A DNA stretch of 63,946 nucleotides, filler included, from Octopus bimaculoides (Eukaryota): NCBI RefSeq assembly GCF_001194135.2. It is 4 parts of 4 records of this genome, joined end to end, with 100 filler letters (N's around TTAATTAATTAA, not from the genome) between each part and the next. Parts side by side here need not be neighbours in the genome. Positions count along the whole stretch, not along the records: positions 1 to 31,738 come from NC_069000.1; 3 more parts are not named here. The stretch is one strand, 5' to 3'. The position numbers were made by a program, and so were the translations under genes. Shown here piece by piece: positions 1-13,037 of this stretch. The notes beneath the pieces are model-generated. The model was given only the letters and a program-made list of their open reading frames with translations. It had not been told where the DNA came from and did not search any database. The first letter of the stretch is position 1. Each line of letters begins with the position of its first letter.

Positions 1-53
1 ATATATGTGTGTGTGTGTGTGTGCGTGTATATATATATATATGTATATATATA

Positions 54-84
<31 letters not shown>

Positions 85-323
85 GTGTGTGTATATATGC
101 AAGAACACATCACATATACACACACATATACACGCACACACATACAAACACACACTCACATGCATATAAAACCTTTAGAACATGTGTGCACTGTTTGGAA
201 GAGCTTTGTAGAAACAGAAAAATAAACATCGAAGATAACGGCACAACGTTGTTGTTGTCGGTGGTGGTGGTGGTGGTGGTGGCGGTGGGGAATTTGGTGG
301 TGGCAGTGTTGGTGGCAGCGGTG

Positions 324-478
324 TATATACACTATTGATAGGCCTGTTACTTCGGTATTTGTCCAGAGATAACATCTCTTACCGACGTCTCTCTCTCTCC
401 GATGTTTATTGCATTTTTTAACAAAACTTGTCCATAAGGACAAATACCGCAGTAAATGGCCGATTAAAAGAGTATATA
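324..478. mobile_element. ~155-bp MITE-like element with ~41-bp imperfect terminal inverted repeats, TA-flanked (Tc1/mariner-type)
   Basis: Left arm 324-364 (tatatacactattgataggcctgttacttcggtatttgtcc) matches the reverse complement of 438-478 (tatatactcttttaatcggccatttactgcggtatttgtcc); the innermost 12 bp are identical. Confidence 0.55.
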
Positions 479-666
479 CAAAAAGTCCGACATAAAGATG
501 GCTATTTCTATTTGTGTGTGTGTGTGTGTGTGTATGTGTGTGTGCGTGCATGCGTGTGTGTAGTATGTGTGTGTGAGTGTTATGTACGTATGTATGTGTG
601 TGTAAGTATGTAAATAAATAAATATGTATATGTATGTATATATGTATATGTATGTATATATATATA

Positions 667-702
<36 letters not shown>

Positions 703-1076
703 AACATGTATGTGTAAACCTGCATAGGCACACACTCTCACACATGAAAATATTTCCAACTTAAATCTATTTAGCATAGTAGAATAGGTGCATGGCCCTA
801 CATATCGAAATACACATAAACAAACTTTAAAGTTTTCGAGGCCAGACATGCCATATGCGTTTCCGGTAATCTTAAGGGCGTCATGTGACCTCACGCGTGT
901 TATCGTTATCACAGGCAGATCTCTAACTGGTTGGGAATTACTAAAGCAAAATTTCAAATTATGCGAGATTTAATGAAATGATGTGAAATATCTTTAAGAG
1001 AAGGAACTCAAATTTCCCAAAATTTGACATTAAACGAAAAAGATTTTAAGAACTTTAGATATAAGAAGAGTTTTAT

Positions 1077-1238
1077 AGGCGCAGGCTGTGTGGCAAAGAA
1101 GCTTGCTTCCCAACCACATCGTTCAGGGTTCAGTCTCACTGTATGTCACCTTGTGCAAGAGTCTTCTACTATAACCTCGGGTCGACCAAAGCCATGTGAG
1201 TGGATTTGGTAAAGGGAAACTGAAAGAAGCCCGTCGTA
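1077..1238 (+). mobile_element. tRNA-derived SINE, family A (5' half)
   Basis: aggcgcagg..ctgtgtgg..aagaagcttgcttcccaaccac..ggttcagt..cttctactata..ccaaagcc..gtgagtggatttggta..gaaactgaaagaagcccgtcg recurs many times in this window (e.g. 16521, 34280, 50340, 62129). Confidence 0.85.
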
Positions 1239-2505
1239 TGTATATGTATATGTTTGTATGTATTTATGTATGTATATATATATATGTATATATATATATG
1301 TACATNNNNNNNNNNNNNNNNNNNNNNNNNNNNNNNNNNNNNNNNNNNNNNNNNNNNNNNNNNNNNNNNNNNNNNNNNNNNNNNNNNNNNNNNNNNNNNN
1401 NNNNNNNNNNNNNNNNNNNNNNNNNNNNNNNNNNNNNNNNNNNNNNNNNNNNNNNNNNNNNNNNNNNNNNNNNNNNNNNNNNNNNNNNNNNNNNNNNNNN
1501 NNNNNNNNNNNNNNNNNNNNNNNNNNNNNNNNNNNNNNNNNNNNNNNNNNNNNNNNNNNNNNNNNNNNNNNNNNNNNNNNNNNNNNNNNNNNNNNNNNNN
1601 NNNNNNNNNNNNNNNNNNNNNNNNNNNNNNNNNNNNNNNNNNNNNNNNNNNNNNNNNNNNNNNNNNNNNNNNNNNNNNNNNNNNNNNNNNNNNNNNNNNN
1701 NNNNNNNNNNNNNNNNNNNNNNNNNNNNNNNNNNNNNNNNNNNNNNNNNNNNNNNNNNNNNNNATATATATATATATATATATATATATACATTTGATAT
1801 ATATATGCATATCCTGTTTCAATTATTGTGTTTTTATTCTTTTATTTATTCCGTGTATTTGTTGTTGTTGTTGCTAAGTTTTGTCTCCGCGATTTTGCAG
1901 GGGAATCATTAATTTGAAATCCAATATACTGAGAGAAAAAGAAAAGGAAACGGAATAAGATACAGAAGAAGAAGAAGTAAAAAAAGACGTTAAAAATGCA
2001 CAGAGAAATATCAGGAATTAAAATGGTAAAGTTCTTAAACCATTAACAATTATTTCTACCAATTTCAGTCTTTCATTCCCTCTTGGTTTCTAAAATAACA
2101 AACAAACAATAACACGACAAAGATATAATAAAAAGAAAGCGATCTCTTCTGGGGTTAAATATGGCCGCTGAGTTTCACTGAAAAACGATTCTTTGGTCCC
2201 AATTAAAAGATGAATAGGAAGGAAAGAAGGAAGGAGGGAGGGAGAAAGAAAGGAAAGAAACAAAAAGAAAGCAAGAAAGAAAGAAAAGAAAGAATTAATT
2301 AATGAAAAGAAAAGAAAGTAAGTAAGAAGCAAACAGACACTAACAAACGTCTGTTTCCAAAATCCGTCCGTGTGATAAATAATCACCAATTTATTGACTC
2401 TGCGAGGCTCATTAAAGTAATTACAGGTAATTGATATTCAAGATAATATATATATATATATATAATGATATGTATCACACACAGACACACACACACATAT
2501 ATATA

Positions 2506-2537
<32 letters not shown>

Positions 2538-3789
2538 AGTACTTGTTGAGCACTTTATATATATATATTCTGATTGGTTTCTAAACGGTGTAAGTAGAAA
2601 ATAAAAAAGGAAAAATAAAAAAGCAACAAGAAATAATCCGCGAGACATGGTCGTTTAAAACACAGCAGGGAGGGTTCGCTAATTTATCGGCNNNNNNNNN
2701 NNNNNNNNNNNNNNNNNNNNNNNNNNNNNNNNNNNNNNNNNNNNNNNNNNNNNNNNNNNNNNNNNNNNNNNNNNNNNNNNNNNNNNNNNNNNNNNNNNNN
2801 NNNNNNNNNNNNNNNNNNNNNNNNNNNNNNNNNNNNNNNNNNNNNNNNNNNNNNNNNNNNNNNNNNNNNNNNNNNNNNNNNNNNNNNNNNNNNNNNNNNN
2901 NNNNNNNNNNNNNNNNNNNNNNNNNNNNNNNNNNNNNNNNNNNNNNNNNNNNNNNNNNNNNNNNNNNNNNNNNNNNNNNNNNNNNNNNNNNNNNNNNNNN
3001 NNNNNNNNNNNNNNNNNNNNNNNNNNNNNNNNNNNNNNNNNNNNNNNNNNNNNNNNNNNNNNNNNNNNNNNNNNNNNNNNNNNNNNNNNNNNNNNNNNNN
3101 NNNNNNNNNNNNNNNNNNNNNNNNNNNNNNNNNNNNNNNNNNNNNNNNNNNNNNNNNNNNNNNNNNNNNNNNNNNNNNNNNNNNNNNNNNNNNNNNNNNN
3201 NNNNNNNNNNNNNNNNNNNNNNNNNNNNNNNNNNNNNNNNNNNNNNNNNNNNNNNNNNNNNNNNNNNNNNNNNNNNNNNNNNNNNNNNNNNNNNNNNNNN
3301 NNNNNNNNNNNNNNNNNNNNNNNNNNNNNNNNNNNNNNNNNNNNNNNNNNNNNNNNNNNNNNNNNNNNNNNNNNNNNNNNNNNNNNNNNATCATCCGATA
3401 CGTCGTCATCGTCCGTCGTCGTTGTCGTCACTCGTCGTCCGTTGTCGTCCGTCGTCGTTGTCGTCACTCGTCGTCCATCGTCATCTGTCGTCGTCCGTTA
3501 ATATTGTTATCGTCGCCGTCGTCGTCGTAGTGGTAGTCGTCTCGAAAGCACGTATTAAGAGCATAAGTTGCCTTGATCCACGCTGTAAACACCACAGCAG
3601 ACAACTAATCCCCCTCTTGATCTTCAATACTCCGAATCACAGCTGATCTCAAGTGTTTGAAAGAAGGAACGGACTATCTTCTCTAACCACATATCTCTCT
3701 ACTTTCAAGCTGTGTTTGGTCTCCTGGTGATATTTAACCTGTGTTTTGGTCAGTTACTCGCGAAACACACTCACGCGGAATTCTATGAC

Positions 3790-4035
3790 ACTATATTATA
3801 TTTATCTTTAATATTTTGCCTGTTTCGGTCATTACATTGCGGCCATGCTGGGACACCACCTTGAAAACTTTTTAGTCGACCGATTCGACCACAATATTTA
3901 TTTTAAAGCTTGGTGGTTATATTATCGATTTCTTTTGCTGAATCGCTAGGGAACGTAAAATTGTCAAGAGGTGGTGGGAGACAAACGCAGACACAAAGTC
4001 ACACACACACATACATAAGTAATGTCTATCGCCCA
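3790..4035 (-). mobile_element. SINE family A, 3' half
   Basis: Reverse complement of the tail seen at 16740-16910 (cagcatggccgca..tgactgaaacaag). Confidence 0.75.
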
Positions 4036-5228
4036 CTTAAACATAACTGTGCCGTAGGAACCGGCATTACTGCTACTTTAACCCCCAGGAGAACATTACC
4101 AGTTCATTATTCAATACAATCTACACCCAATATATATATTGCAAACAGTGGAGTGAACCTCTATCGCCTTGCAGCCACGAGACCACCAGACCATACGGTT
4201 TCGACTTCTTTGTGGTCATCCTCGGTGATGGATACTCGTCCGCTAGAAACAGCAGTAGTTCACTCCAGCTCGCAATATATGGAAAACAAGTGACACACGG
4301 TCACTGATCTTGCAACAAGCAAAGTAGCTAGTTAAGAAAATCTCTATAAGAGATGAAAACAGTTATTATACTGAGAAGTAAATGTTTGTCGCCACCTAAA
4401 CACGGCTGTTCCGTAGCAACCGACATTACTGCTATTTTAACTTCCGGAGGACGCCTCATCCAGCTGATCATTTGATGACGGGGCGCGGGGAGGGGTCCTG
4501 AATGGCTATGAAGGTCCATCAGAATAAAATGGTGATCAAAAAGGTCCATAGGTAAAAAAAATTAAAAAACTGGTTGAAGCTCGTTGGTCTCGAGGGACCG
4601 TCTTTGATTCATTTTACTGCTGCTGTTACTGCTGCTGTTTCTGCTACTAATGGTTCTTTGGATTGACAAGCTGAGAAATGGTTAACATCTGTGCAGTATT
4701 CCTTACTTCTAACACCACAAGACTTGACAAAACAAATACACAAGCATTGTAGGAATTATATCAGATCTGTTACCACGGAAAGTGTTTGTGTGTGTGAGTG
4801 TATGTGCGTGTGTGTGTGAGTGTATGTGCGTGTGTGTGTGTGGGTGAGGGTGAGGCGAACTTGTGTGTAGGGGAGGTGCAGATAGATCGTGTGAGATGGG
4901 CGTGTATGTGTGTGTATGTATCTGTACGTATGTGTATGCACACGTGTGTGTTTTGTGTGTGTACGTTGTACGTGAGCATGTGAAATGAATATGTATACAT
5001 AAATGTACACACCTGCAGCACACACACGCACACACACACGCGCACGAACGCACACACGCATACACACATATAGACAGATGTAAACACACGCGTATATACA
5101 TACACATATATACTTATATGCATTTCGCAGCCAAGTGGTACGGGTTCGAATGTAAATCATGGTGACTTGAGCAAGTGTCCCTCACTATAACATCCTTAGA
5201 CACTCGCATACATATAACTATTCATCTA

Positions 5229-5311
<83 letters not shown>

Positions 5312-5403
5312 NNNNNNNNNNNNNNNNNNNNNNNNNNNNNNNNNNNNNNNNNNNNNNNNNNNNNNNNNNNNNNNNNNNNNNNNNNNNNNNNNNNNNNNNN
5401 NNN

Positions 5404-5434
<31 letters not shown>

Positions 5435-5937
5435 AGCATGTGTGTGAGTGTGTATGCGTGTGTGTGTGTGAGTGTGTGCGTGTGAGTTTGTGTGTACGTA
5501 CATATCCGGCCTGACAGCACCTGATTCGACGGCGGGAATGGTCCTCTCGCCCCGAAAGACAAAAACGTTTTCGTCTTTTTTTTCACTTAGGTTCGAGGGG
5601 AAAATAATTGTTTACCCAAGGGAGTTGAGAAGGACACACAAACACACGATGAGAAACGCTTTGATATCCATACCAGATGTTAAATCAAAACGATATCACA
5701 CTCGTGCGCGCGTGCGCACACCCACCAGCACGCACTCACACGTATATACATATACATACATACATATATATATAGATAGATAGATACGTGCGTACTCATA
5801 CATATAGCCGCCCACTCATACACTGAGACCATCACACATATATATATACTGATAATCACCCACCACATATACACACACTCACAAGGAGGGACACACACAC
5901 ACACACACATACACACATACACACATACACATATACA

Positions 5938-6033
5938 TATGGATCAAAACAGTTTGATTCAAATTCGCTGAGAGCTTCAAGGCTTGAACTCCCGGAGTAC
6001 CAACGAATTTGAATCAAACTGCTTTGATCCATA
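5938..6033. repeat. 33-bp near-perfect inverted repeat with 30-nt spacer (hairpin or mini-MITE)
   Basis: 5938-5970 pairs with 6001-6033 with only two mismatches. Confidence 0.9.
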
Positions 6034-7402
6034 CATGTAACTCCCAATAAATGTGTTGGGTGCCCTTCTTTAGTTTGTCTACTTCGCCGAGTAAGACTTT
6101 CATCCTTTCGGGGGACCATAAAGTAAGTACCAGCTGAATACTGGGGGTCGATGTAATCGACTTACCCACGCCCCTTAAATTGCATTTTTTTTAAATGCGT
6201 GCTTAAAAAGTTTGCCCCGCAACCTGGTGACAACTTGGGTTTCTGTTCAACTTGGGTAGTGGTGGTGGTGGTGGTGNNNNNNNNNNNNNNNNNNNNNNNN
6301 NNNNNNNNNNNNNNNNNNNNNNNNNNNNNNNNNNNNNNNNNNNNNNNNNNNNNNNNNNNNNNNNNNNNNNNNNNNNNNNNNNNNNNNNNNNNNNNNNNNN
6401 NNNNNNNNNNNNNNNNNNNNNNNNNNNNNNNNNNNNNNNNNNNNNNNNNNNNNNNNNNNNNNNNNNNNNNNNNNNNNNNNNNNNNNNNNNNNNNNNNNNN
6501 NNNNNNNNNNNNNNNNNNNNNNNNNNNNNNNNNNNNNNNNNNNNNNNNNNNNNNNNNNNNNNNNNNNNNNNNNNNNNNNNNNNNNNNNNNNNNNNNNNNN
6601 NNNNNNNNNNNNNNNNNNNNNNNNNNNNNNNNNNNNNNNNNNNNNNNNNNNNNNNNNNNNNNNNNNNNNNNNNNNNNNNNNNNNNNNNNNNNNNNNNNNN
6701 NNNNNNNNNNNNNNNNNNNNNNNNNNNNNNNNNNNNNNNNNNNNNNNNNNNNNNNNNNNNNNNNNNNNNNNNNNNNNNNNNNNNNNNNNNNNNNNNNNNN
6801 NNNNNNNNNNNNNNNNNNNNNNNNNNNNNNNNNNNNNNNNNNNNNNNNNNNNNNNNNNNNNNNNNNNNNNNNNNNNNNNNNNNNNNNNNNNNNNNNNNNN
6901 NNNNNNNNNNNNNNNNNNNNNNNNNNNNNNNNNNNNNNNNNNNNNNNNNNNNNNNNNNNNNNNNNNNNNNNNNNNNNNNNNNNNNNNNNNNNNNNNNNNN
7001 NNNNNNNNNNNNNNNNNNNNNNNNNNNNNNNNNNNNNNNNNNNNNNNNNNNNNNNNNNNNNNNNNNNNNNNNNNNNNNNNNNNNNNNNNNNNNNNNNNNN
7101 NNNNNNNNNNNNNNNNNNNNNNNNNNNNNNNNNNNNNNNNNNNNNNNNNNNNNNNNNNNNNNNNNNNNNNNNNNNNNNNNNNNNNNNNNNNNNNNNNNNN
7201 NNNNNNNNNNNNNNNNNNNNNNNNNNNNNNNNNNNTATATATATCAACATACATGAAATTTGGACCGATAGATAGACAGATAGATAGACAGACATCAAGC
7301 TCTCTCTCAAACGCTATATGCAAAATTCTTTTGAGTATTGGTAAATTTCTTTGTCTATCGCTAGTTCTCTGGTTCACACGTTCCTTCACTTATACCCTCT
7401 CT

Positions 7403-7433
<31 letters not shown>

Positions 7434-7581
7434 CCTGTCTCTCTCTCCCTGTCTCTGTCTCTCTCTCCCTGTCTCTCTCTCTCCCTCTCGATCTCTCCCT
7501 GTCTCGCTCTCCCTCTCTTCCTCTCCCTCTCTTTCTCTTCCCATTGTTTTGCCTGTCGACACGAGACGCCATTGGAGCACA

Positions 7582-7613
7582 ATGGCTCTTGTCAGTGTTG
7601 ATGACGTCACAGA
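7582..7613 (+). CDS. Candidate first coding exon MALVSVDDVT(E/D), unknown product
   Basis: acaATGG Kozak context, GA|GTAAGT donor at 7614; unique sequence containing a CRE palindrome. No homology recognised. Confidence 0.25.
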
Positions 7614-7961
7614 GTAAGTGACGAATGAGCAGTTGTCTTGAAGGGACGCCATCACAAGCTGCAAAGACAGCAGATGATGATGAAGTCGTTGTTTGCTAAG
7701 AACGTGAGTGCAGCGAAGAGGTGCTGGGTTATATGGTGCTGCAAGGGAATATAAATATCATATAGGGGTTAAGGTGTGAGGGAAGGTGTGGGAGGAAACA
7801 TTCTGTTTCGGGAGACATAGATGAGCTGTAGAGAAAGGAGAGAGAATTGATGTGCAGAAAGAATGTGCGTATATATATATTCTTTTATTTTGTTATTGGC
7901 TGTGACCATGCTGGAGTAGATGCATACTTTATATATATATATATATATATANNNNNNNNNN

Positions 7962-8015
<54 letters not shown>

Positions 8016-8109
8016 GTATACTCAGATGAACTTATAGACAAGAATAATGTATATATAATGTATATATGTTTATAAATATATAGAGATTGGTGGAAGGGAG
8101 GTAGAGAAA

Positions 8110-8390
8110 CAGATAAAGCGAATTCAGTAGACAGAAAGTGTGAGGAAGCCCGTTGTGTAGATGTGTGTGTGTATGTGAGTATGTGTTTGTCACTCCCCCA
8201 TCTGACAACCTGTGTTGGTTTATTTACGTCCCTGTAATTTAGCGGTTCGGTATAAGCGTCCGATAGAATTGGTATCAAACTTAGAAAAAAAAATGTACTG
8301 TTGTCGATTTGTTCAACTAAACCCTTCAAGGTGGTGCCCCAGCATGGCCGCGATCCAATGACTGCAACAAGTAAAAAGTAAAAGATGAAA
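8110..8390 (+). mobile_element. SINE family A
   Basis: Matches the internal and tail segments of the other family A copies (gacaacc..tgtttacgtccc..agcggttcgg..ggtggtgccccagcatggccgc). Confidence 0.75.
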
Positions 8391-8799
8391 GATAACCCGC
8401 TGGCATTTTCTGTAAAATAGATGTCTTTGTGCTGCCTTATCATGAACTGGTAACACCTACTTTCAGTTCCTACCGAACTCTGAATCGCTTGTTCTTCTGC
8501 TTATCTCCTATACTCATTAATTATCATTTCCCTGCACTCCTCTAATTTATCATCATGTTCCTTGATAAATTCACCCTCAAGTTTTGTCCTATGTGTGGTT
8601 AGACAATGAAATTTACGTTTTCCTCTTTTATTCTTCTGGTTTTTTTTTCTTAAAAAAAAAACACACTGCAATTGTTTGTGCTTGTTTTCTCCATTTTCTT
8701 ATCATTTTTGCTGGAGGCGGTGCCCTTAAATTTCTATTTGCCTTTCTATTACGGTACTCCTTGATACTTACCATTTTTCCTTAAGTTCTGTGAGCCAAT

Positions 8800-9010
8800 G
8801 GTAAGAGATTAAGCGCTTTTCTCTTGTAGTCAATAATCTTGAAGGCACTCCAGCGTGGCCGTAGTCTATTGACAAAAACAGGTAAAAGGTAAAAGGCTTC
8901 GAAAGGATGAAAAACGAAGTGGATCTCGTCGGCATTTGAACTCAGAACGTAAAGAGCCGGAAAAAAAACCACAAGGCATTTTATCCACGGCGGTAACGAT
9001 TCTGCCATAA
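8800..9010 (-). mobile_element. tRNA-derived SINE, family B
   Basis: Reverse complement resembles 45515-45707 (ctgagttcaaat..gccgag..ctttcatcctttcg). Confidence 0.7.
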
Positions 9011-11054
9011 TAATGATACTAAACGAGGGAGAAAAGCCGAAGTTTGAGAAAGCATCGGCTAAGATGGTTGTTTGTAGGGGAGTGAAAACAGGGGACAAAG
9101 TAAAAAAAATAAAATCAGCAGAAAATGTGAACAAACAATAAAATGAAATAAAACAATAGAAATGGTGATGGTGGTGGTGGTGGTGGTGGTGGGAAGAAGG
9201 AAAAGGGAGAAATAAAAACGGTTTAAAAAATATGTTGATTTATTTATTATTATTTTTTTTTTTTTTTGCTTCTTCTTAGTGGGGGAGGTGTTAAAATATG
9301 AATATATGCGTGTGTTTAGGGCGGGAGAGAAGCAGACGATGAACGCGTTTTAGAAATGGAAGGACAGACGACAATGTCAACCGAACAAAGAAATATGAAT
9401 ATTGTTTTATTAACATATTTCTTTTCACTTATGGATGAGCAGGGTAGTGTGGGTGGGTGCTTGAGAGTGAGACAGACAGACAGACAAATAAATAGACAGA
9501 CAGAAAGACAAACAGAGATAGGGGGACGGAGGGAGAGAGAGAGAGAGGAAGAGACAAAGATATAGGTAAAGAGAGAGAAAGAGGGAGATGGGAGAAGATG
9601 AAAAATTACGTCAGAATCGTAAGCTATGGCGGTTCTCGAAACAGCATTTCTCCTTCACTTACTGAAGAGCATACCGAGTGGATTTCCATTTATTTTTTTT
9701 AAAACCTGTCTTTTGTTTTATCCTCCTGATATTGTTACAGCAGCAGCAGCAGCAGTAGTAGTAATTATTGTTGTTATTTACCGCCATCCTGGTCGACCCT
9801 GATCGAACAGGCACGTCGATAATCAAAGACGTTCTAACCGTGACCATTCCTTTTATTTTTATTTATTTATTTATTTATTTTGCAGGCGTAGTTCATCTTC
9901 GTCTACTATTTGTCTAATGTGTCATGCCTCTTTCTTTCTCCTATTTTGATGAGAGAAGAGAGTGTAATTGGAGAGATTTGGTTGTTGTGTCAATCAAATT
10001 GAGCAACGACGTAGACCCTCTCGTTGACTCGCTGCAGCACCGTCAGCAGCAGAAGGCTCAGTAGTAGTAGTAGTAATAGTAGTAGTAGTATTAGTAGCAG
10101 CAGCAGCAGCAGCAGCAGAGGCCACTTTCATCGTCACCCACTCGATTATGCACAGTTAGTACTATATTGGAGGGGGCATAAATCGATTACATCAACCCCC
10201 GTACTCAACTGGTTTCATCGTTAATCAGCTTCTATTTTTAGCAGACCGAACAGCCACTCTGAGCTGTTTTGTCTGCAAGGTCAAAAAAGCATTAGCAACG
10301 CATATTCTCATTTCCCTTTTCTTTGTTCGTTTATATTTTTCCTTCTTGCATCTCCCCACTTCCTTTATATTTCACCAAAAATATTATGATTCAAAATTTT
10401 AAATTCTTTTCATTAGAGAAATCATCTTCAAGAGAAGAAAAGCTGACAAAGTTCCAAACTTTTCTGCTTGGTTAGAAGAAATCAAACCAGCATCAGATGT
10501 GTGCAACAGCGTTCGTTTTTTCTAATGCAGTGTTGTTTACTTAAAACAAGAATAGTCTAGTCATCGGTTGAACTTTAAGAAAGATTTACATATTTAAAAA
10601 ATAGCACATTATCGACCCCTGCCTCACCTTTACTAAAAGGTTGATCTCGTAGAAAATTCCAATTCTACTTACCGTTTATATTTATTTATTTACTTACTTT
10701 GAGAATTCCGGATTCTCAATGTAAATATTTGGTTAACAATAACCAGATGCATCAAACGTAAATTATAGTTATGTATGCACGACAGCGTTCTTATGAGATA
10801 CAACGGCATCAACGAGGGCAGCGGCGGTGGCGAGGGTGCCGGGTTCTCTAGGCTCAGGCATGGCCGTGTGGTGAAGAAGATATTCGCTCGGCAAACTACG
10901 TAGTTTTGGTTATTGGATTGCGGCATGCTATGGTGCCGTTTTGCAGAGCTCAGTTGAACAAATCGAAGTTACTGAGACGTAAACAAACAAACAAACACAT
11001 GGTGGTGAGGGACAAACACAAATACTAAGATACGAGCATAATGTATATATAGGT

Positions 11055-11103
<49 letters not shown>

Positions 11104-11110
11104 TATATAT

Positions 11111-11817
11111 TAAATCTCTGAGCGAGAGAAAAACAGTAACAATACCGGATAGTAATGTTTATATGTCAGCATAACGTGGCAGTCCTGTAAAAGACGATGT
11201 ACCGTTGTTTTAGCTCCAGGAAAACATCTTTTCCAGCTGGCTAACGACACACAGTCAGTGTCCGTATATAGCATTTGCAAGGGAGGTCATCGCTCCCATC
11301 GCTAGCCTTACGTGATACTCACAGACCGAGGTTTCTGAATGTCATCCGTCCTCAGTGTGAGACAATCACAAGCTAGTGACAAAAGCTATCTCCACTCGCA
11401 AATACTACATATTCTTTAAGCGACACAGTCGCTGGTCTCGTATCGAGAAAAGCATGTTTTAAATCTCTGAGCGAGAGAAATACAGCAAATGCTATACACG
11501 GACACAGACTGTGTGTCGTTAGGCATCTGGAAAAGATGTTTTCCTGGGGCTAAAACAACAGTAACATCGTCCTTTACAGGACTGCCATGTTATGTTGGCA
11601 TATAAACATTACTACCCGGTACTGTTACTATATTTCTCTCGCTCCGAGATTTAAAGCATGCTGTATTTTTTTCGACACAGGATCAGCGATGGTGTGTCGC
11701 TTAAAGAATATATAACATTTGCGAGTAGAGATAGCTTTCGTCGCTAGATGGTGATTATCTCACACTGAGGTCGGATAACATCCAGAAACCTAGGTCTGTG
11801 AGTACCACGTAAAGCTA
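11111..11817. repeat. Interleaved inverted duplication of a ~349-bp unit (A-B-A'-B')
   Basis: 11111-11278 is the inverse of 11485-11653; 11303-11480 is the inverse of 11633-11817; taaatctctgagcgagagaaa occurs directly at 11111 and 11460. Confidence 0.9.
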
Positions 11818-12990
11818 ACATCACCACAACCCACATCACACAACCAGCATCAACACCACCAATAACTCCACCACTGCCATCGCTACTCCTGCTACTACCA
11901 CCGCCAATAACACCACCACCACTTCCACAACAACAACAACAACAACAACAACAGCAGCGTTCTCAATCAATGTAACGCGATAGTTCAAAGCTGTCCTCTT
12001 TTATTCGGAGTGTGAAACTAGTGGAGTGGACAGGTGACATGTTAGGAAGGACCTACAACCACCGTTACACAAACCCCAGGTGAGGGATCGTGTCAGTCTT
12101 CCTTTTGGGATAGGAAGAACCTCGTGTCTTGTGTGTGTGTGTGTGTGTGTGTGAGTTTGTGTAGGTGTGGTGTTTGTAGGGGCTGTGTGTGTTTGTATGA
12201 GTCCGTGCATATATAAGCAGCGTGTGAATGTGTGTGTGTGTCAGCATCTATGCATGTGCGGTGTGTTTTTGTGTGTGTGTGTGTATATTTGTATATGTGT
12301 GTATGTATGTATGCTGGCGCATTTGTGTATATCAGTGTTTGTGTGCTTGAGCGTGTGTGCGTGTGCATGTTTGTAGGCGTATATGTGTATGTATATGAGT
12401 GTGTGCAAATGTGTTGTATATGCTAGTGTGTGTGTGTGTGTTTGGGCATGTGAGAGTGTGTGGCTTTGTGCTTGCGCGTGTATATGTGTATAAATATGTG
12501 CACGAGTATATATGCGAGCGACTGTGTGTGTATGTGTGTGTGTGTGTGTACGTGTATATGTGTGGATGTGAATATGTGTGGATGTGTTGTGTATGCTGGT
12601 ACGTATGTTTGTCGGTGTTTAGGTGTGTGTGAGAGAGAGAAAGAGTGTGTGTGTGTGTGTTTTGGCCCGTGTGTTTGTGAATGTATTTGCCTAATCGGAA
12701 GAACGAGCTACCCGACCAGTACTTGAAAACCTGTACATGATGACGGGGGGCGGGAAGAAGGAAGATTAGAATTTGAGCGACACCTAGTGACATTTAACAA
12801 CACACTACAACATCCAGTGACACCTGTTGATTTGCATTTTCTCATCCACCTTTTCAGTGGGATGGACAGGATCCTAGCTTTTTTTTTTTCATTTTTAGAT
12901 CTCTTAAAATTCTATCACGTTACCGGAAATGGCTTTGTTGATAAGAAACCTGTTAAAGAAAATCGTCTCTTTATACCTTTAACTCGTTGT

Positions 12991-13037
<47 letters not shown>

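Noticed and set aside
5555-5586. Hairpin followed by a T-run (terminator-like)
   Set aside because: Short AT-rich stem in eukaryotic DNA with no upstream Pol III gene.
10790-10905. GC-rich ORF MRYNGINEGSGGGEGAGFSRLRHGRVVKK
   Set aside because: Its second half is a diverged SINE family A head.
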